From assembly GCA_037045435.1 (NCBI GenBank), contig JBAOID010000020.1:30748-94747 (forward strand): a DNA stretch of 64,000 nucleotides. The letters are read 5' to 3'. The stretch's first letter is position 1. The number at the start of each line of letters is the position of its first letter. The notes beneath the pieces were generated by a model. The model saw only the letters and a program-made list of their open reading frames with translations. It ran no database searches and was not told where the DNA came from. This DNA is from Cypionkella sp. (GTDB taxonomy: Bacteria; Pseudomonadota; Alphaproteobacteria; Rhodobacterales; Rhodobacteraceae). Below are positions 1-9,376 of the stretch, piece by piece. The translations under genes and the position numbers were made by a program.

Positions 1-1481
1 TTGGCGTCAGCGAATGCAACTCGGGCATCCCATTGGCCTTTGGCCCTTGAAATCGCACCACGACAATGGTGTCGCTCACGAACTCGCCCGCCTTGAAAGC
101 CGCTTTCACCGCATCCTGGCTGTGGAAAATCCGCGCCGGAGCTTCGATGATATGGCGCTCGGGGGCGACGGCGGAAATCTTGATCACGCCGCGCCCAAGA
201 TTGCCGGTCAACTGTTTCAACCCACCGCTGGCCGCAAAGGGCGCATTCGCCGGGCGCAAGATCCTGTCGTTCAGTGTCACCTCGGGGCCCCTGTACCAAG
301 CCAGCCGCCCGTCGGTCAGCTTGGGTTCCTGGCGGTAATGGGAGAGCCCATCGCCGGCCACCGTGCGCGCATCGGGATGCAAGAGCCCGGCATCCAGCAA
401 TTGACCGATCATATAGGGCAGCCCGCCCGCCGCATGGAAATGATTCACATCGGCCAGACCATTGGGATAAACCTTGGCCATCAGCGGCACCACCGCCGAC
501 AGATCGGCGAAATCTTGCAAGATCCAGCAATATACCCGAGGCCCGCGCCATCGCTGGCAGATGCAGCACCAGATTGGTCGAGCCTCCGGTGGCCATCAGC
601 CCGACAATGCCGTTGACATAAGCGCGCTCGTCCAAAATCTCCCCGGCAGGGCGGTAATCAATGCCCAGTGCCGTGATCGCCGCCGCCCGTTTCACCGCCG
701 CCTCGGTCAAAGCCTCACGCAAAGGCGTGCCGGGGGTGATGAAACTTGCACCCGGAAGATGCAGGCCCATGAACTCCATCAGCATCTGGTTGGTGTTGGC
801 GGTGCCGTAAAAGGTGCAGGTGCCGATCCCGTGGTATGAGGCCATCTCGGCCGCCATCAAGGCCTCGCGCCCCACTTCGCCATTGGCAAAAGCATTGCGC
901 ACCTTTGATTTTTCGTCATTTGGCAGGCCCGACGTCATCGGTCCGGCAGGCACGAATACCGCAGGCAGATGCCCAAACGCTGCTGCCGCCATCACCATCC
1001 CTGGCACGATCTTGTCGCACACCCCAAGGAAAAGCGCCGCGTCAAAGGTATTGTGCGACAGCGCAATGCCCGCCGCCATCGCGATCACATCGCGTGAAAA
1101 CAGCGACAACTCCATCCCGGAATGGCCTTGGGTCACCCCGTCGCACATCGCAGGAACCCCGCCCGCCACTTGCGCCGTGGCCCCGGCCGCGCGCGCGGCC
1201 CGGCGGATCAGTCTGGGGTAATCCTCATAGGGCTGATGAGCCGAAAGCATATCGTTATAGGCGGTGACAATGCCGATATTGGGTGCGCGCGCAGCGGCCA
1301 AGGTGGCCTTGTCCTCGATCATGGCGGCATAGGCATGGGCCTGATTGCCGCAAGACAGATGCGAACGCGCCGGGCCCTCACGCCCAGCCGCCGCTATCCG
1401 CGTCAGGTACGCGCCGCGCGTGGCCTCAGAGCGCTCGCGAAGGCGGTTGGTCACAGCGGCAAGGGTGGGATGCAGGTTCAT
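1..1481 (-). pseudogene. edd: phosphogluconate dehydratase (Entner-Doudoroff); 3' end runs off the window; reading frame changes by +1 between 533 and 515
   Basis: Absent from the ORF track because no stop lies in the window. Reverse translation from the ATG at 1481-1479 gives MNLHPTLAAVTNRLRERSEATRGAYL...GVCDKIVPGMVMAA...GGSTNLVLHLPAMARASGI (Edd/IlvD family). After codon ATA (533-531) the homologous sequence QDFADLSAVVPLMAKVYPNG...RFQGPKANGMPELH continues in the next phase (CAA at 517-515). Confidence 0.85.
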
Positions 1482-1524
1482 TTTCAGGCCTATTCTTTGG
1501 TATGGGTCGCCTATAGCAAGTCGC

Positions 1525-1536
1525 GTTAGCGCTAAC
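1525..1536. promoter_or_regulatory. perfect 12-bp palindrome GTTAGCGCTAAC, LacI/GalR-type operator candidate about 44 nt upstream of the edd start
   Basis: Read directly: cgcGTTAGCGCTAACaag in the edd/lipoprotein divergent intergenic region. Related sites occur at 37217, 38356, 39644 and 39663. Confidence 0.45.
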
Positions 1537-1694
1537 AAGAGCGCAAACCCAGTGAGATTTTCTCGATTGTGGCACAGCTTGCCCCAAAAGCCGCAACACT
1601 AGCCGCAAAATGCACCGGATTAACCGTAGTGCGGTCACATTCATCCTTCATTCATCCTGTCAGCCCTGGGGGGCAAATGCCCGGAGGATCTGAA

Positions 1695-2390
1695 ATGACC
1701 ATTGCTAAATCCCTTGCCGTCCTATCCCTGGCCCTGGGCCTTGCGGGCTGTGTCGCGCCCGATACCGCCAGCCGGGGCAACACGCCCATCCAGGCCCTGA
1801 CGGTGCCGCAATCTGATGTCACCCAGATGCGCGGCCCGCTGGTCTTGCAATCGCAATACATCATTGATTCTGTGAACATCGACGTTCCGCGCAACCTGCG
1901 GGTGTCCGAGGCCAATGTCTTTCACCCCAATGCCGATATCGTCTGGCGCGGTGAGCCTATAGGCGACCGCTACGCCCAGATTGGCGCGATCTTCAATGAG
2001 GCTTTCGCCTCGGCCACTGCCAAGATGCACAGCGGACGGCATGTCGCGGTCGATATCAGGGTCAGCTATTTTCACTGCCTGACCGAGAAAGCCCGTTACA
2101 CCTTTGGCGGCGTTCACTCGATGCACTTCATCTTGACGGTGCGCGATGCGGCGACAGGCGCGGTCATCGACGGGCCGCGCAAGGTGTCGGCCGATGTCAA
2201 AGCCGCAGGCGGTGCCAAGGCGATTGCCGAGGAAGAGGCCGGGGTGACCCAGCGCGTTGTGGTGTTGCGCCGCTTGGCCGAAGTGTTGCGCCGCGAATTG
2301 TCGACCCCGGCAGTGGTTGCCCCCAATGCCAATGTCGTCTCGCGCTTTCAAACCGAGTTGCTGCTTCCACCGTCGGGCACCGGCCAATAA
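1695..2390 (+). CDS. lipoprotein of unknown function
   Basis: Internal ATG at 1695 preceded by GGAGGA. N-terminus MTIAKSLAVLSLALGLAGC has a signal peptide plus lipobox (LAGC). The longer track ORF (1569) is probably an N-terminal over-extension. Confidence 0.7.
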   Translation: MTIAKSLAVLSLALGLAGCVAPDTASRGNTPIQALTVPQSDVTQMRGPLVLQSQYIIDSVNIDVPRNLRVSEANVFHPNADIVWRGEPIGDRYAQIGAIFNEAFASATAKMHSGRHVAVDIRVSYFHCLTEKARYTFGGVHSMHFILTVRDAATGAVIDGPRKVSADVKAAGGAKAIAEEEAGVTQRVVVLRRLAEVLRRELSTPAVVAPNANVVSRFQTELLLPPSGTGQ

Positions 2391-2436
2391 TCAGGCCCTT
2401 TCCAGACACAGAACAAAGCATTAAGGGGTGGTCATC

Positions 2437-3669
2437 ATGACCTCCCCCATTTCCACACCCCCCGCTGATGCCCCGGCCCATGGCCATCCCGTTGTACGCC
2501 TCAAGCCCAAGGCTGAGGCCCGTGCCATTCGCCACGGATTCCCGTGGGTTTATGCCGATGAGTTGGTCACCGACCGGCGCACCCAAAGCCTTGCCCCCGG
2601 CGCGCTGGCGGTGCTGGAAGATGGCGAACGCCGCCCCTTGGGCCTTGTCACCGTCAACAACAATTCCAAGATCATCGCCCGGATGCTGGACCGCGATCCG
2701 ATGGCCCAGATTGACCAAAGCTGGTTTGCCGCGAAAATCGCGCGGGCTTTGTCGCTGCGCGAGCGGCTTTATGATGAACCTTTCTACCGATTGATCCATG
2801 CCGAGGCCGATGGCCTGCCGGGCGTGGTGATCGACCGCTTTGGCGATACCGCCGTGGTGCAGCCCAATGCCGCTTGGGCCGAAACCCACCTTGAGGCGCT
2901 GGTCGCGGCGCTGGTTGCGGTGGCGGGCGTTGCCAATGTGGTGAAAAACGCCACCGGTCGTGCGCGCGGGCTTGAAGGCCTGGGCGAGGAAACTGCCGTG
3001 CTGATGGGGCAGGTCAGCGCCCCGATTGCAGTCACGATGAACGGCGCCACCTATCTTGCCGATCTGATGGGCGGCCAGAAGACCGGCCTTTTCTTTGATC
3101 AGCGCCCCAACCATGCCTTGGCCGCAAGGTTGGGGAAGGGCGGTTCGGTGCTGGATGTGTTTTCCCATGTCGGCGGCTTTGCCCTTGCAGCCCTTGGTGC
3201 TGGGGCCACCTCGGCGCTGGCGGTTGATGGCTCGGCCCCGGCTTTGGCTTTGGCCGAACAGGGGGCCGCGCTTTCGGGCCATGCCGACCGCTTCACCACC
3301 CGCCAAGGTGATGCCTTTGCCGCCCTCGAATCGCTGGCTGCCGAGGGCCGTAGCTTTGATCTGGTGATCTGCGATCCGCCGGCCTTCGCCCCGGCCAAAC
3401 CGGCGCTGGAGGCAGGCCTGCGCGCCTATGAACGGGTGGCGAAACTTGCCGCCCCCTTGGTGGCCCCCGGCGGCTATCTGGTGCTGTGCTCGTGCAGCCA
3501 TGCCGCCGATCTGGCCGCTTTCCGCAATGCGTCTGCGCGCGGGATCGGGCGTGGCGGGCGGCGTGGGCAATTGTTGCACACCGGCTTTGCCGGGGCAGAT
3601 CACCCGATGCTGCCGCAACTGGCCGAAAGTGCCTATCTCAAGGCGTTGTTCTTCCGTCTCGATGGCTGA
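2437..3669 (+). CDS. class I SAM-dependent RNA methyltransferase, RlmI-like (PUA-like N-terminus + Rossmann MTase)
   Basis: Translation ...HPVVRLKPKAEARAIRHGFPWVYADELV...QKTGLFFDQRPNH...VLDVFSHVGGFAL...DLVICDPPAF...GGYLVLCSCS matches the RlmI/YccW architecture. ATG at 2437 follows AAGGGG. Confidence 0.85.
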   Translation: MTSPISTPPADAPAHGHPVVRLKPKAEARAIRHGFPWVYADELVTDRRTQSLAPGALAVLEDGERRPLGLVTVNNNSKIIARMLDRDPMAQIDQSWFAAKIARALSLRERLYDEPFYRLIHAEADGLPGVVIDRFGDTAVVQPNAAWAETHLEALVAALVAVAGVANVVKNATGRARGLEGLGEETAVLMGQVSAPIAVTMNGATYLADLMGGQKTGLFFDQRPNHALAARLGKGGSVLDVFSHVGGFALAALGAGATSALAVDGSAPALALAEQGAALSGHADRFTTRQGDAFAALESLAAEGRSFDLVICDPPAFAPAKPALEAGLRAYERVAKLAAPLVAPGGYLVLCSCSHAADLAAFRNASARGIGRGGRRGQLLHTGFAGADHPMLPQLAESAYLKALFFRLDG

Positions 3670-4219
3670 TCCGCCCAAAGCAGTGCTGGATGCCTGTGTG
3701 CTATTCCCCACTGTGCTGCGCGAAATCCTGTTCGCGGTGGCCAAGCGCGGTCTTTTCACCCCGCTCTGGTCCGACCGCATCCTTGAAGAATGGACACGTG
3801 CCACCGCCAAACTCGGGCCTTTGGCGCAACTTCAGGCCCAGGGCGAGTCGACGCTGGCCCGAACGGCCTTTCCATCTGCCCTCATCCGCGCGCGCCCCGA
3901 TATCGAGGCGCGTCTGCTTTTGCCAGATCCCGATGACCGCCACGTCTTGGCCACCGCCATTGCGGGCCATGCCGATGCAATCATCACCTTCAATGCCCAG
4001 GACTTCCCCGGCCATGTGCTTGCCGAAGAAGGCATCACCCGCCGCGATCCTGATGGTTTCTTGTGGGAAATGCATTCAACCCGTCCGCAGGCCGTGGCCG
4101 ATGCGGTCGCGGCTGTGCATCACACCGCAGAAATCATGGCAGGTCAGGCTATCGTACTGAAATCGCTGTTGAAACGCGCAAGGCTCAACCGTCTGGCAAA
4201 GGCGCTGGCCCAGGGTTAA
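3662..4219 (+). CDS. PIN-domain protein (VapC-like nuclease fold), start overlaps the methyltransferase stop
   Basis: MADPPKAVLDACVLFPTVLREILF...LLLPDPDDRHVLATAIAGHADAIITFNAQDF carries the acidic PIN residues. The ATG at 3662 lies in ATGGCTGA, which overlaps the upstream TGA (3667-3669). Confidence 0.8.
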   Translation: MADPPKAVLDACVLFPTVLREILFAVAKRGLFTPLWSDRILEEWTRATAKLGPLAQLQAQGESTLARTAFPSALIRARPDIEARLLLPDPDDRHVLATAIAGHADAIITFNAQDFPGHVLAEEGITRRDPDGFLWEMHSTRPQAVADAVAAVHHTAEIMAGQAIVLKSLLKRARLNRLAKALAQG

Positions 4220-4914
4220 GCGCCGCTGACGCCACTTTGCCAACGCGCCGTATTCGCCCTGATCGCCGCAATCCGCGCTTCGGTCCTGGGATGGCTTAGC
4301 AACCAGGCCGGAGCCGTGGCACCATTTTGCCCGGTCAGATGCCCCAGTTTTTCAAACAGCGTGATCTGTGGCCCGGTGCCGATCCCGGCCTTGATCAACA
4401 GCGCCGAGGCATAGGCATCGGCCTCGAACTCATCGCGCTGCGACAGCCGCGCCATCAGCGCCGCACTGATGGTGCGGATCAACAGCGGCCCAAGTCCCGG
4501 CAAAAACCGGTTCACCAGTGCCGAAAGTGTCAGCACCACCGCGTTTTGCCCGGTGAAATCAATCATCCGTCGCCGCATATGTCCCAGCGCCACATGGCCC
4601 AATTCATGCGCAATCACCGAGGCCAATTCCTCTGCCGTCACCTCGCCCCGCACCCGCGCATTCAAAAACCCGCGTGTGAGGTAAATCTGCCCATCCGCGG
4701 CAGCCAGCCCGTTCACCACCGGCACCTCAAATACATTCACCTTGATTTGGGGCACATCAAGACCGTCGGCCAGCCGATCCGCCAACCGCAAAATCGCAGG
4801 ATCGGTCAGCGGCTTGGATTGCTGCGCCAGCATGGCTCTGGTGCGCCACATCGAGAACACCAGCGACAGCGCAGTGTAGCCAATCAGCAAGATCAGGGGC
4901 AAAAGTTTCAGCAT
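4216..4914 (-). CDS. M48 family zinc metallopeptidase (HtpX-like), membrane-anchored
   Basis: MLKLLPLILLIGYTALSLVF (TM) then IAHELGHVALGH (HExxH). The start is taken at the internal ATG 4914. Confidence 0.85.
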   Translation of the reverse strand: MLKLLPLILLIGYTALSLVFSMWRTRAMLAQQSKPLTDPAILRLADRLADGLDVPQIKVNVFEVPVVNGLAAADGQIYLTRGFLNARVRGEVTAEELASVIAHELGHVALGHMRRRMIDFTGQNAVVLTLSALVNRFLPGLGPLLIRTISAALMARLSQRDEFEADAYASALLIKAGIGTGPQITLFEKLGHLTGQNGATAPAWLLSHPRTEARIAAIRANTARWQSGVSGA

Positions 4915-4952
4915 CACAGGGATATGGGGGCAAAACCGTACAACGGCAACAC

Positions 4953-5549
4953 TTAGCTGACTTGCGCCCGCATCACGCCGTGCAGCCACAGGCCCAGGGC
5001 CAGCACCGCAGCCCCGCCCGCCACCATCCCCAGAACCGATCCCAACAATTCATTGGCCGCCGTGATATTGCCGGCAAAGGCATAGCCCGCGCCCACATAA
5101 AGGCCCGCCCAAACCGCCTCACCTGCCACGCCTGCCAGCGTAAAGCGGCGCCAGCCATAGCCGCTTGATCCGGTGATCAGGTTCACCCAAGGCCCCAAAG
5201 GGCTGAACAGCCAGCGCGACAAGAATACCGCCGCCGCGCCCCGGCGCGCCAGAAAAGCCGCCGCCCGCGCCAGCAACCGATCCCGCGCCGGATCGCGGCC
5301 AAGGCGTGCCAAAAGCGGTGCTCCCAGTCTGCGCCCGGCCCAAAACCCCAGTTGATCGCCCGCAATGCCACCTGCCGCCGCCGCCGCAAGGGTGGAAACC
5401 AGTCCCAAATCCCCCGCCGCGACAAATCCCCCCGCTGTCAGCATCAGGATCGAGGCCGGAAAGGGCAGGGCGAGGCAGGACAAAAACGTCGAGACCGCCA
5501 GCGCCCAAAGCCCGTATTGCGGCACCAGTTCCAGCAGCCAATCGGTCAT
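4953..5549 (-). CDS. DedA family membrane protein
   Basis: MTDWLLELVPQYGLWALAVSTFLSCLALPFPASILMLTAGGF... is a typical DedA/SNARE-associated N-terminus and is multi-TM. Confidence 0.85.
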   Translation of the reverse strand: MTDWLLELVPQYGLWALAVSTFLSCLALPFPASILMLTAGGFVAAGDLGLVSTLAAAAAGGIAGDQLGFWAGRRLGAPLLARLGRDPARDRLLARAAAFLARRGAAAVFLSRWLFSPLGPWVNLITGSSGYGWRRFTLAGVAGEAVWAGLYVGAGYAFAGNITAANELLGSVLGMVAGGAAVLALGLWLHGVMRAQVS

Positions 5550-5890
5550 TGCGCCACGCCCTTGGCGCGCAGGGCGGCGATTGCCGCCTCCACCTCGGCG
5601 ATGATCGCCTCAACCGCAACCCCGCGCTTCTCTGCCAGTTCGGCCAGCGATTGCGGATGCCCTTTGATCAGCGGCAGGCCCGCCAGCTTGCCCAAGTCCT
5701 GCGCCTCCAGATGCCAGGACCGCGCGATATATCCCACCGTCATCCACAACTCTACGGTCTGATTGTGATGCGCAGGGTTCGACCAATAGCTCGTGAAAAA
5801 GATCAGCCGCCCGGCGAAAAACAACGTCATCGCGCAGGCCAGCACAAAGGCCGTAACGAGGCCCGGCCGCTGCCGGATCAGTTTCATCAT
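5546..5890 (-). CDS. hypothetical membrane-anchored protein
   Basis: MMKLIRQRPGLVTAFVLACAMTLFFAGRLIFF... The ATG at 5890 overlaps the VWA gene stop (ATGA) and its stop overlaps the DedA start, which suggests operon coupling. No family recognised. Confidence 0.5.
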   Translation of the reverse strand: MMKLIRQRPGLVTAFVLACAMTLFFAGRLIFFTSYWSNPAHHNQTVELWMTVGYIARSWHLEAQDLGKLAGLPLIKGHPQSLAELAEKRGVAVEAIIAEVEAAIAALRAKGVAQ

Positions 5891-7071
5891 CACCGCAACT
5901 CCTTGATCCCGCGCCCGATCCCCTCCAGCGTCATCGGCACCATCCGCCCGCCGAAAATCTGCGCGATCAAGCCAACCGAACGCGTATATCCCCACTCGCC
6001 CTCGGGCAAGGGATTGATCCACAGATGATTGGGCCATTGCAGACAGGCCCGGTTCAACCAAACCTGGCCCGCCTCTGGGTTCCAATGCTCATTCGCGCCG
6101 CCCGGTTGCAAGATCTCATAGGGGCTCATCGCCGCGTCGCCCACAAAAATGCACTTGTAATCAGACCCATAGCGCCGCAACACCTCGGCTGTGGAAATCT
6201 GCGCCGCCCAACGGCGCTGGTTTTCGCGCCAGACGCCTTCATAAAGGCAATTGTGGAAGTAGAAGGCCTCAAGATGTTTGAACTCGGCCCTTGCCGCTGA
6301 AAACAGCTCTTCCATTACCTTGATATGCGGGTCCATCGAGCCGCCAACGTCCAGAAACAACAACACCTTGACCGCATTGCGCCGCTCGGGGCGCATTTGC
6401 ACATTCAGCCAGCCTTGTTCGGCAGTGGCACGAATGGTGCCTGCCATATCCAACTCATCCGCCGCCCCATCCCGCGCCCAGGCCCGCAGCCGGCGCAGCG
6501 CCACCTTGATGTTGCGGGTGCCCAATTCCACCCGGTCATCCAGATCGCGAAACGCCCGCTTGTCCCAGACCTTGACCGCGCGCCCATGCCGCCCCTGATC
6601 CTGCCCGATCCGCACACCTTCGGGGTTGTAACCATAGGCGCCAAAGGGCGAAGTGCCCGCCGTGCCCACCCATTTGTTGCCACCCTGATGGCGGCCCTTT
6701 TGCTCGGCCAACCGCTCGCGCAGCGCTTTCATCAATTCGTCAAACCCGCCCAGCGCCGCAATCGCCGCCCGCTCTTCGGCGCTCAGATGCTTTTCGGCCA
6801 GCTTTTCCAACCACTCGCGCGGCAGGTCCAGCGCCTCCAGTACATCGGCGGGGGCAAGCGCTTCAAGCCCGGCAAAGGATGCGGCAAAGGCACGGTCAAA
6901 CCGGTCAAGGTGGCGCTCGTCCTTGACCATGACGCAACGCGCCAGATAATAGAACGCCTCGGCGTCATAGGTCGCCAGACCCGCCGCCATGGCTTCGAGA
7001 AATCCCAGATATTCGCGCAAGGATACCGGCACGCCCTCGGCCCGCAAGGCCTGAAAGAAGGGCGCAAACAT
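5890..7071 (-). CDS. VWA domain-containing protein (CoxE-like partner of MoxR ATPases)
   Basis: MFAPFFQALRAEGVPVSLREYLGFLEAMAAGL...VLLFLDVGGSMDPH (MIDAS-like DxGGS) over 393 aa. Confidence 0.85.
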   Translation of the reverse strand: MFAPFFQALRAEGVPVSLREYLGFLEAMAAGLATYDAEAFYYLARCVMVKDERHLDRFDRAFAASFAGLEALAPADVLEALDLPREWLEKLAEKHLSAEERAAIAALGGFDELMKALRERLAEQKGRHQGGNKWVGTAGTSPFGAYGYNPEGVRIGQDQGRHGRAVKVWDKRAFRDLDDRVELGTRNIKVALRRLRAWARDGAADELDMAGTIRATAEQGWLNVQMRPERRNAVKVLLFLDVGGSMDPHIKVMEELFSAARAEFKHLEAFYFHNCLYEGVWRENQRRWAAQISTAEVLRRYGSDYKCIFVGDAAMSPYEILQPGGANEHWNPEAGQVWLNRACLQWPNHLWINPLPEGEWGYTRSVGLIAQIFGGRMVPMTLEGIGRGIKELR

Positions 7072-7077
7072 CGGGGG

Positions 7078-7263
7078 CTAGCCCGCCAGAAAGCGGTGCA
7101 GGAAAATGGTGCCGAACAGGCCCGCCAGCGCACCGATGATGCCGTAAACGGCAGCCCATTGCAGCATGTCCAGCTTGCGCCCGCCCTGGCGGCGTGCATT
7201 GAACGCCCCCAAGACAACGCCGATCAGAAATCCGCCCAAAACGATCACAGGCCCCGCCCCCAT
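7078..7263 (-). CDS. small two-TM membrane protein (hypothetical)
   Basis: 61-aa ORF MGAGPVIVLGGFLIGVVLGAFNARRQGGRKLDMLQWAAVYGIIGALAGLFGTIFL, located immediately upstream of the VWA gene. Confidence 0.4.
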   Translation of the reverse strand: MGAGPVIVLGGFLIGVVLGAFNARRQGGRKLDMLQWAAVYGIIGALAGLFGTIFLHRFLAG

Positions 7264-7287
7264 ATTTGCCGGGGGCAGGCCAGCGGC

Positions 7288-8679
7288 CTAGCCCCGGCGT
7301 CCGCGCGCGCCCAAAGAGGAAACTTCGGCCATTCGCGCGCGCAACTGTTGCTCTGATCCAAAGCCATAGCGCGCCCAGCCCAGACTGTCGAGGCGCAGAG
7401 ATTTTGCTGCCGCCGCCTGTCCGCTGTTGTCCAGGGCCTGGGCCTTGATCAGCATCAGGGTTGCGGTCAGCGCCGCATTCTGCGCCGATTTGGCCATCGG
7501 CAAAGCACGATCTACCATTGCGATCGCCTGTTCATTCTGGCCCGAAGACAGCGCGATTGCGGCCAACTGCATATCGCAATGGGCGGCGTGAATGGCCATT
7601 CCGGGCTTGCTGCGATAAATCCGCCCAGCTTCGCCAAAGGCGCGCACCGCATTTTCCGGGTCTGACGCAATCGCCGCCCGCCCGACTGCGAAATAGCTGA
7701 ACGCCAGCCTCCCATCCTGCCAGCCCTGCGCCAAGGCAATCGACAGCATCCGTTGTGCTGCGACCGACCGGCTTGCCGGACTGCCTGATGGGCCGAAGGC
7801 CGCCTCAACCGAATTGATCCAGCCGCGCGGCGACATCGACTGTGGTGGGGAGCCGCCCGCCGATCGCCCCGCCGGATGCAGGCGCGCCAAAAGCTCGGGC
7901 AGACGCCTGGCCACCTCGGCCTCATTCATCCCGCTTTGCAATTCGGGAGAATAATGCAGCCGCAACATCAGCATATCAAAGCTGGTCAGCACGGTGTTGA
8001 AATTGTCGTCGTTGAAGATCGAATCGGGCAGGCGAAACAGATCGTTCAGCGGGCCCATTGCTTGCGACACTTCCTCATGCAGGCAGTCGCGTACTTCTTG
8101 CGGGCTGGTGTCGGATGGGATGAAGGCAATCGCATGCTCGCGCTGAACCACTGTAGCCCAATCAACATCCGAGCTGTTGCGCTTGGCCTTGTACTCGGCA
8201 AAAGAGCGCACCCGCGGCACGGTGAAACAGGCCGCCGACGGCACCGATTTTTGCAATTCGTGGCGAGTCACAAATTCAATTGTCACCGAGGGCGCTTCAC
8301 CTTTACGCGCTGTACGCACATTCAATCCCGCCTCGGACCGATAACGCGTGATCAGTTTTGCCAGTTCGATGGGCGCAGTTGGCGGCACATCACCCATCAT
8401 CGCGATCACGATTTCACTCTCAAATCGGCTAAGCACCGGCAACGCCCGCCCGCTTTCCATCCTGAATGCCAGATCCAGGAAATCGCGCGCCAATTCGGTA
8501 TTCGAGCGATTGCCCAAGGGCGCCACGGGGCCGCTGACGGCTTGAACCGAGGGCAGAATGATGCCGTTGCTAAGATCGGTCGGATAGTTCTTTGACACCT
8601 GTGCAACAGGCGGCGGCGAAACGCAGGCGGTGGCCAGCCCGAGCGGCAGGGTCAGGGCAATCATGGAAATCAAACGCAT
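7288..8679 (-). CDS. DUF2927-like lipoprotein with a TPR-like C-terminal half
   Basis: Internal start MRLISMIALTLPLGLATAC (lipobox). The body ...DFLDLAFRMESGRALPVLSRFE...HEEVSQAMGPLNDLFRLPDSIFNDDN resembles the DUF2927 family common in Rhodobacterales. Confidence 0.7.
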   Translation of the reverse strand: MRLISMIALTLPLGLATACVSPPPVAQVSKNYPTDLSNGIILPSVQAVSGPVAPLGNRSNTELARDFLDLAFRMESGRALPVLSRFESEIVIAMMGDVPPTAPIELAKLITRYRSEAGLNVRTARKGEAPSVTIEFVTRHELQKSVPSAACFTVPRVRSFAEYKAKRNSSDVDWATVVQREHAIAFIPSDTSPQEVRDCLHEEVSQAMGPLNDLFRLPDSIFNDDNFNTVLTSFDMLMLRLHYSPELQSGMNEAEVARRLPELLARLHPAGRSAGGSPPQSMSPRGWINSVEAAFGPSGSPASRSVAAQRMLSIALAQGWQDGRLAFSYFAVGRAAIASDPENAVRAFGEAGRIYRSKPGMAIHAAHCDMQLAAIALSSGQNEQAIAMVDRALPMAKSAQNAALTATLMLIKAQALDNSGQAAAAKSLRLDSLGWARYGFGSEQQLRARMAEVSSLGARGRRG

Positions 8680-9376
8680 GGCTTGGCAGCTCTTCACGAA
8701 GGGTTGCGAGGGGCAGGGGCCCCCCATTTACGGTATTGACGGCAAATGCGAGTCCCGCTGCAAGGGGCGTTGCTTTTGCACAGAATGCCCGCGCATCCAC
8801 CACAAAGCCTTGGCCTTCGCCCGTCGCGTCAGATCTTGCGCCGCCTTTTTCGTTGCGTATCGTCATGTAACCTTGCGGCGCAGCACCGCAAACATCCATT
8901 TCAACACGCCAAGACAGGTCGGAACAGGTCACGATCCGCACCGTGCTCTTCTCCGCAAAAGGTGAAACCCATCGCTTTCGCCCTGAACATCTGACCGCGC
9001 AGTGGCCAATTGCCGTTCCCAAAAAACCGAATTTCCAGATCCGGCCGCACGATATCGTGAGACCGGTAAAACGCCAATTTCTGGGCCATATTGAGCGACA
9101 CTTAAGCATGTTTCACCTTCAGGGTGAGACAACAGGCAAGCAGTGTCGATACGGCGGCGGGTTTGTGTCAATCTTTGGATTTATGCGATTTCAACGCCCA
9201 CCACCCCTTGAGGTCATCGGCAAGGAAAAGCCCATATTTTCCCGGTCGCCCTCACCCGATGTTTCAATTTCCGTCAAGATTTCGTTATTCTGTGAGATGA
9301 TTTTGGCAAGATCGTGGCCAAGGCCAGGCAATCGCACCCGATTCGGCAAGAAATCCTCCGTCATTCCTATCGACCA

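Noticed and set aside
2197-3810. 537-aa minus-strand ORF spanning the methyltransferase and PIN genes
   Set aside because: It is antisense to two well-supported genes. The translation is Arg/Gly/Ala/Pro-rich low-complexity sequence with no recognisable family. This is a typical shadow ORF of high-GC DNA.
8570-9109. 179-aa minus-strand ORF treated as one gene
   Set aside because: Its 3' third overlaps the signal-peptide start of the DUF2927 lipoprotein gene in another phase. Only the upstream fragment is discussed, as a possible decayed ORF.
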